In this document: piece after piece, positions 58,117 to 64,000 of the stretch
Position numbering within the stretch: the stretch's first letter is position 1
Layout of the letters: each line of letters starts with the position of its first letter
Assembly (NCBI RefSeq): GCF_964213995.1
Contig: NC_135810.1
Span: 118,854,001 to 118,918,000, forward strand
DNA from: Mustelus asterias
Taxonomy: Eukaryota
Direction: 5' to 3'
DNA: 64,000 nucleotides
Made by a program: the position numbers and the translations under genes
Notes under the pieces: generated by a model
Database searches by the model: none
Told to the model about the DNA's origin: nothing
What the model saw: only the letters and a program-made list of their open reading frames with translations

Positions 58117-60670
58117 GAACAAAGAACAAAGAAAATTACAGCACAGGAACAGGCCCTTCGGCCCTCCAAGCCTGCACCGACCATGCTGCCCGACTGAACT
58201 AAAACCCCTACCTTTCCGGGGACCATATCCCTCTATTCCCATCCTATTCATGTATTTGTCCAGATGCCCCTTAAAAGTCACTATCGTATCTGCTTCCACC
58301 ACCTCCCCAGGCAGCGAGTTCCAAGCATCCACCACCCTCTGTATAAAAAACGTGCCTCATACATCTCCTTTAAACCTTACCCCTCGCACCTTAAACCTAT
58401 GCTCCCCAGTAATTGACTCTTCCACCCTGGGAAAAAGCTTCTGACTATCCACTCTGTCCATGCCCCTTATAATCTTGTAGACTTCTATCAGGTCACCCTC
58501 TCAAGCTCTGTCGTTCCAGTGAGAACAAACCAAGTTTCTCCAACCTCTCCTTATAGCTAATGCCTTCCATACCAGGCAACATCCTAGTAAATATTTTCTG
58601 TACCCTCTCCAAACCCCCCACATCCTTCTGGTAGTGTGGCGACCAGAATTGAACACTATATTCCAAATGCAGCCTAACTAAGGTTCTATAAAGCTGCAAC
58701 ATGACTTGCCAATTTTTAAACTCAATGCCCCAGCCAATGAAGGTAAGCATGCTGTATGCCTTCTTGACTACCTTCTCCACCTGCGTTGCCACTTGCCTGA
58801 AAGCTTTTCTAAAACTTGCATTCAATATAGTGACTCTTCACATCTCACACAAAGAATAGCTTATAAAAAGTAAGTTGTATCAAATAATTGTTCCCCGCCA
58901 TTTTGCCCCACTTACCCAATTCCATCATCTCTTCTACCCCTCCTTTGTCACCTACCAATGCCACCCCTTCCCTCACAGGCCATTCCATCCTTTCGCTGCC
59001 ATCCCGTCTGATTCCTCCATCCCTCCTGTGGCATCTCCATCCCACCCATGCCAACGCCAACTCTCCCATCAGAACCTCACGAACAAAGAAAAAAGAACAA
59101 TACAGCACAGGAACAGGCCATTCGGTCCACCAAGCCTGCACCAATACACGGTTTCTATCCCTCTGTTCACTTCTCGCTCATGTGTCTATCAAGATAGACC
59201 TTGAACGTTGCTAACGTGTCTGCTTCCACCACCTCCTCTGGCAGTGTGTTCCAGGCACCCACCACCCTTTGTGTGAAAAACTTCCCCCGCACATCTCCCC
59301 TAAGCTTACTACATCTCACCTTAACCCTCTGCCCTCCTGTAGTCAACCCTTCCATCCCGGGAAAAAAGCTTCTGATTATCCACCCTATCTATGCCTCTCA
59401 TAATTTTATAGACTTCTATCAGGTCACCCCTCAGCCTCCATCTTTCCAGTAAAAACAATCCAAGTTTATCCAACTTCTCCTCAGACCTAAAACCTTCCAG
59501 ATCAACATCCTGGTAAACCTTCTTTGCATCCTCTCCAAAACACCCAATTCCTTCTGGTAGTGTAGCAACCAGAAATGCATACAATATGCCAAATGCGGCC
59601 TAAATAAAGTTTTAAACAGCTGTAACATAACTTGCCAACCTTTATACTCGATGCGCTAGCCAATGAAGGCAAGCATGCTGTATGCCTTCTTGACCACCTT
59701 ACCTACCTGTGTTGCCACTTTCAAGAGTCCGTGGACCTGTATGCCCAGATCCTTCTGTACGTCGATGCTCTTAAGGGTTCTGCCATTTACTGTACAAATC
59801 GCACCTGAATTTGATCTTCCAAAACGCATCACTTTGCATTTGTCCGGATTAAACTCCATCTGCCATTTCTCTGCCCAAGTCTGTAATCTATTTAAATCCT
59901 GCTGTATCCTTTCCAACCAGGTTAGCTTTGTTGTTGGCGTGCACTAAACTTCCAACTCTACTGCACGCCACCATACACCAATACACCATCGACACGTGCA
60001 GATGCACCAAGTGCTCCAGTCCTCCAAGTACCCCTTGTACCTCTGCGTGCGCCATGTATCATCCACTGAATAAACCCACCAACAGTTGCAGCTATATAAA
60101 ACCTTGGTGAGGCCGCATTTGGAGAATTGTGTACAGTTCTGGTCACCACACTACCAGAAGGACGTGGAAGCTTTGGAGGGAGTGCAAAGAAGGTTCACCA
60201 GGGTGTTGCCTGGTCTTGGGGTTGTTGGCTTTGAGGAGAGGTTGAGTAAACTAGAATTGCTTTCATTGGAAAGATGGAGGCTGAGGAGAGACCTGATAGA
60301 GGTCTACAAAATTATCAGAGGCAAAGACAGGGTAGATAGGCAGAGGCTTTTTCCCAGGGTGGGAGCATCAATTACAAGAGGGCACAGGATCAAGGTGAAA
60401 GGGGTAAAGTTTAAGGGAGATGTGCGGGGGACATTTTTCACGGAGAGTGATGGGTGCCTGAAACGCGCTGCCAGAGGAGGTGGTGGAAGCAGGCACATTA
60501 GCAACATTTAAGAGGCATCTGCACGGGTGAATGAATAGGGAGGGAGTAGAGGGATACGGACCGAGTAAGGGCAGAAGTTTTTGTTAGTTTAGTTAGGGCA
60601 TCATGATCGGCACAGGCTTGGAGGGCCGAAGGGCCTGTTCCTGTGCTGTATATTTCTTTGTTCTTTGTTT
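58117..60670. mobile_element. Cluster of CR1 3' fragments (58117-58795 -, 59080-59915 -, 60085-60670 +)
   Basis: Repeated RPHLEYCVQFWSP / RGDLIEVYK / FFTQRVV peptides and gaacaaa tails. Further CR1 pieces at 9810-10155, 14110-14660, 33776-34210, 50088-50565, 62610-63186. Confidence 0.88.
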
Positions 60671-63600
60671 TTTATTAAAGCCACTCATTAGATTGAACAA
60701 TTGAAACAGTTGGAGTATTATTAAAAACTGAGTGTTATAAATATAAATCATCTCGGAATGTGATGCCGGTATACAATGAATACTGATTTCTAGCAATAAA
60801 TCAATCTTCCGTAACTACAGGAGGCAGAAATTACCCACGTAATAGAGAATAATTACCATATATTTGGGTGATTAAATGTACGTGTACAATACTAATGTAT
60901 ATCTTTCTTACTTCCCTATTCAAAATCATTCAACCAATTTTGTTCTTTAGAGGGATATGGTCCCCGGAAGGGTAGGGGGTTTTAGTTAAGTCGGGCAGCA
61001 TGGTCGGTGCAGGCTTGGAGGGCCGAAGGGCCTGTTCCTGTGCTGTAATTTTCTTTGTTCTTTATTCTTTGATCAATAATCTCAACCAAGTATCACTAAG
61101 AGTTTTTTTGTATATTCTTGTTTTTTAACTGATTTTTTTATTGGAAGGAAATGACTGACCACAAAGCTGACTTTTACAAGCGCCCTGACTGATCACTCGC
61201 AGTGCCTCCGCGTCTGAGGACCAGCATCTTCAACCTCAACAAGTTGCTCAGGAGGAGAAGGACATCTTCTTTCGGCAATGCTTCGTTTAAGGTGGTCACT
61301 CCCGCTGCTGGTTGCGATGTTATGCTTGCCAGGTAAAAGAAATTCCCACTTCTTCTTCTTCCCTGCGGCCGTCAGACTTTTGAATGGACCTACCTCGCAT
61401 TAAGTTGATCTTTCTCTACACCCTAGCTATGACTGTAACACTACATTCTGCGCTCTCTCCTTTCCTTCTCTATGAACAGCATGCTTTGTCTGTGTAGTGC
61501 GCAAGAAACAATACTTTTCACTGTATACTAATGCATGTGACAATAATAAATCAAATCAAATTTTCTTGCAGCATTATGCATCTGTAATAGATCTATCCAG
61601 TTTGTTTGTTATGCCATGGTAGGGAAGTACAGATGGCAACAAGTAACCCAGCCTGCCATGCCCCGGAATGTTGGCACGCATTTATTTTTGTTAAATTTTT
61701 TCATTAGTGCCATAAGTAGACTTACATTAACACTGCAATGAAGTTACTGTCAAAATCCCCTACTCGCCACATCCGGCGCCTGTTCAGGTAACACTGAGGG
61801 AGAATTTAGCACGGACAATGCGCCTAACCAGCATGTCTTTCAGACCGTGGGAGGAAACCGGTGCACCCAGGGAAAACCCACGCAGACACAGGGAGAATGC
61901 GCAAACTCCACACAGACAGTGACCCAAGCCCGGGAATCGAACCCGGATCCCCGGCGCTGTGAGGCAACAGTGCTAACCACTGTGCCACCTTGCCCCAATC
62001 AGTGGCGAATTCCTGATCTCGGTCGCGCTGTCAGCTGTGGAACTGAGAATAGGAACTTTCAGGCAGAGAGAGGTGATGGAATTGGAATGTTAGTCAATGT
62101 CTAAATGATGGTAGTAGAGCCTCGAGGGGGATGAATGTTCCTATGTCACAGAGCAACCTGGTAAATTAAGTATTAAAAAGATAGCCTTGCCTTCATTAAA
62201 TACACTTACCTGTCTCTCAAAAATATCTTTGCTTATAATGAACGCGCCTGGGAGTTTAAATGACGACCTTTCGTGTGTATTGCCTTGCATTATAATGCGT
62301 CGTTTTTTCATTATTCTGTTTGTTATACTGCTTGGTACTTCAATTTTGTCTGTATAAATAACTCTTTTTTCTGCTTGCCCACGCAATAAGTCACCAAACA
62401 CCAACAGTAACTCACGGAATTGATTTAATGGAATAAGTCATAGAATATATCGGGATATTATTAAATCAAACATTTCAAAATTAGAAGGTTTTTTTCAATT
62501 TAACCTATACCAAGTAGGAATAACCTTAGATGTAAATAAAAATGTTTGATGATACAAGCGCTACTTTATTAATATTTTATTTAATTAACTTGATACGTTT
62601 TTAAATAATATAAGGCCACACCTAGAATATTGTGTGCAGTTTTGGTCTCCTTTCCTGAGGAAAGACGTTCTTGCTCTCGAGGGAGCGCAGCGAAGGTTTA
62701 CCAGGCTGATTCCGGGGATGGCGGGACTGATGTATGAGGAGAGGTTGACTGGGTTAGGATTGTTTTCGCTGGAGTTCAGACGAATGAGGGGGGATTTCAT
62801 AGAGACTTATAAAATTCTAACAGGACTAGACAGGGTAGATGCAGGGAGGATATTCCCAATGGTGGGGGAGTCCAGAACTGTGGAACACAGTCTGAGGATT
62901 CAGGGTAGACCATTTAGGACGGAGTTGAGGAGACATTTCTTCACCCAAAGAGTGGTGAGCCTGTGGAATTCATTACCACAGGAAGTAGTTGATGCCAAAA
63001 CATTGAATGTATTCAAGAGGCGGCTGGATATAGCACTTGGGGTGAATGGGATCAAAGGTTATGGGGAGAAAGCAGGATTAGGCTATTGAGTTGGACGATC
63101 AGCCATGATCGTGATGAATGGTGGAGCAGGCTCGAAGGGCTGAATGGCCTCCTCCTGCTCCTATCTTCTATGTTTCTATGTTTCTATAATATCCCTAAAC
63201 CTCTTGATGTAAATGCATGTATCGTTGTTACCCTTTTAGAATTAAAGGGGTGCTGTCAAAATCAACCTTTAATTTTTTCATGTTATTTTCTTTGGCTGTC
63301 TTTACTTGAGTAGCAGATTATAGTTATTGAAACCTTTAATGTTGAATTCATCCCAAAACACTTCACAGAGGTGTGAGGGGAATGGGGAGTCACACACAGA
63401 AGGATAGGTTAGGAAGGGTGATCAAATACATAAGATGGGATTTAAGGAGGTTCTAAAGGGAGGAGGGGGAGCAGGAGAGGCAGTGAAATTTAGGGAAGGA
63501 ATTCCAGAGATTTGGAGCTTGCTTGCTGAAGGAATAGCGATGAATGGTGACACGAAAGCTTTCTGATTTAATTTTGATTTGATTAATTATTGTCACATGC

Positions 63601-64000
63601 ATTAACATACAGTGAAAAGTATTGTTTCTTGCACACTATACAGACAAAGCATACCCTTCATAGAAAAGGAAATGAGAGATTGCAGAATGTAGTGTTGCAG
63701 TCATAGCTAGGGTGTAGAGAAAGATCAACTTAATATAAGGTAGGTCCGTTCGAAGGTTTGATGGCAGCAGGAAAGAAGCTGTTTTTGAGTCAGTTGGTAC
63801 GTGATCTCAGACTTTTGTATCTTTTTTCCCGATGGAAGAAGGTGGAAGAGAGAATGTCCGGGCTGCGTAGGGTCCTTGATTATGCTGGCTGCTTTTCCAG
63901 GACAAGAGGAAGTGTAGACAGAGTCAATGGATGGGAGGCTGGTTTGCGTGATGGATTGGGCTACATTCACAACCTTTTGTAGTTTCTTGTGGTCTTGGTC

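Overview
Repeat-dense vertebrate genomic DNA, most likely from a shark or other elasmobranch. The evidence is many HE1-type tRNA SINEs, CR1/HER1-type LINEs, Rex1/Babar-type LINEs and Penelope-like elements. No host protein-coding gene can be supported. The centrepiece is an 11-kb, apparently very young endogenous retrovirus (22766-33771). It has two 900-bp LTRs identical by eye, a GAAG target-site duplication, a tRNA-Ser-like PBS, a gag split by one frameshift, an intact 1450-aa pol reached by amber read-through, and an intact 572-aa gamma-type env. Pol carries an extra domain between protease and RT with two HxT motifs (2H-phosphoesterase-like). A ~125-codon non-AUG ORF lies upstream of gag. 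A second unusual system is a GC-rich foldback element present twice (~41 kb and ~47 kb) whose inverted arms carry captured RPL39 coding sequence. Also present are Penelope-derived fragments with minimal hammerhead ribozyme motifs, a 3.2-kb 16-bp minisatellite grown out of a SINE, a 23-bp array at a CR1 5' junction, a probable solo LTR and a shattered Gypsy relic. All comparisons were made by eye; boundaries of degraded repeats are approximate.
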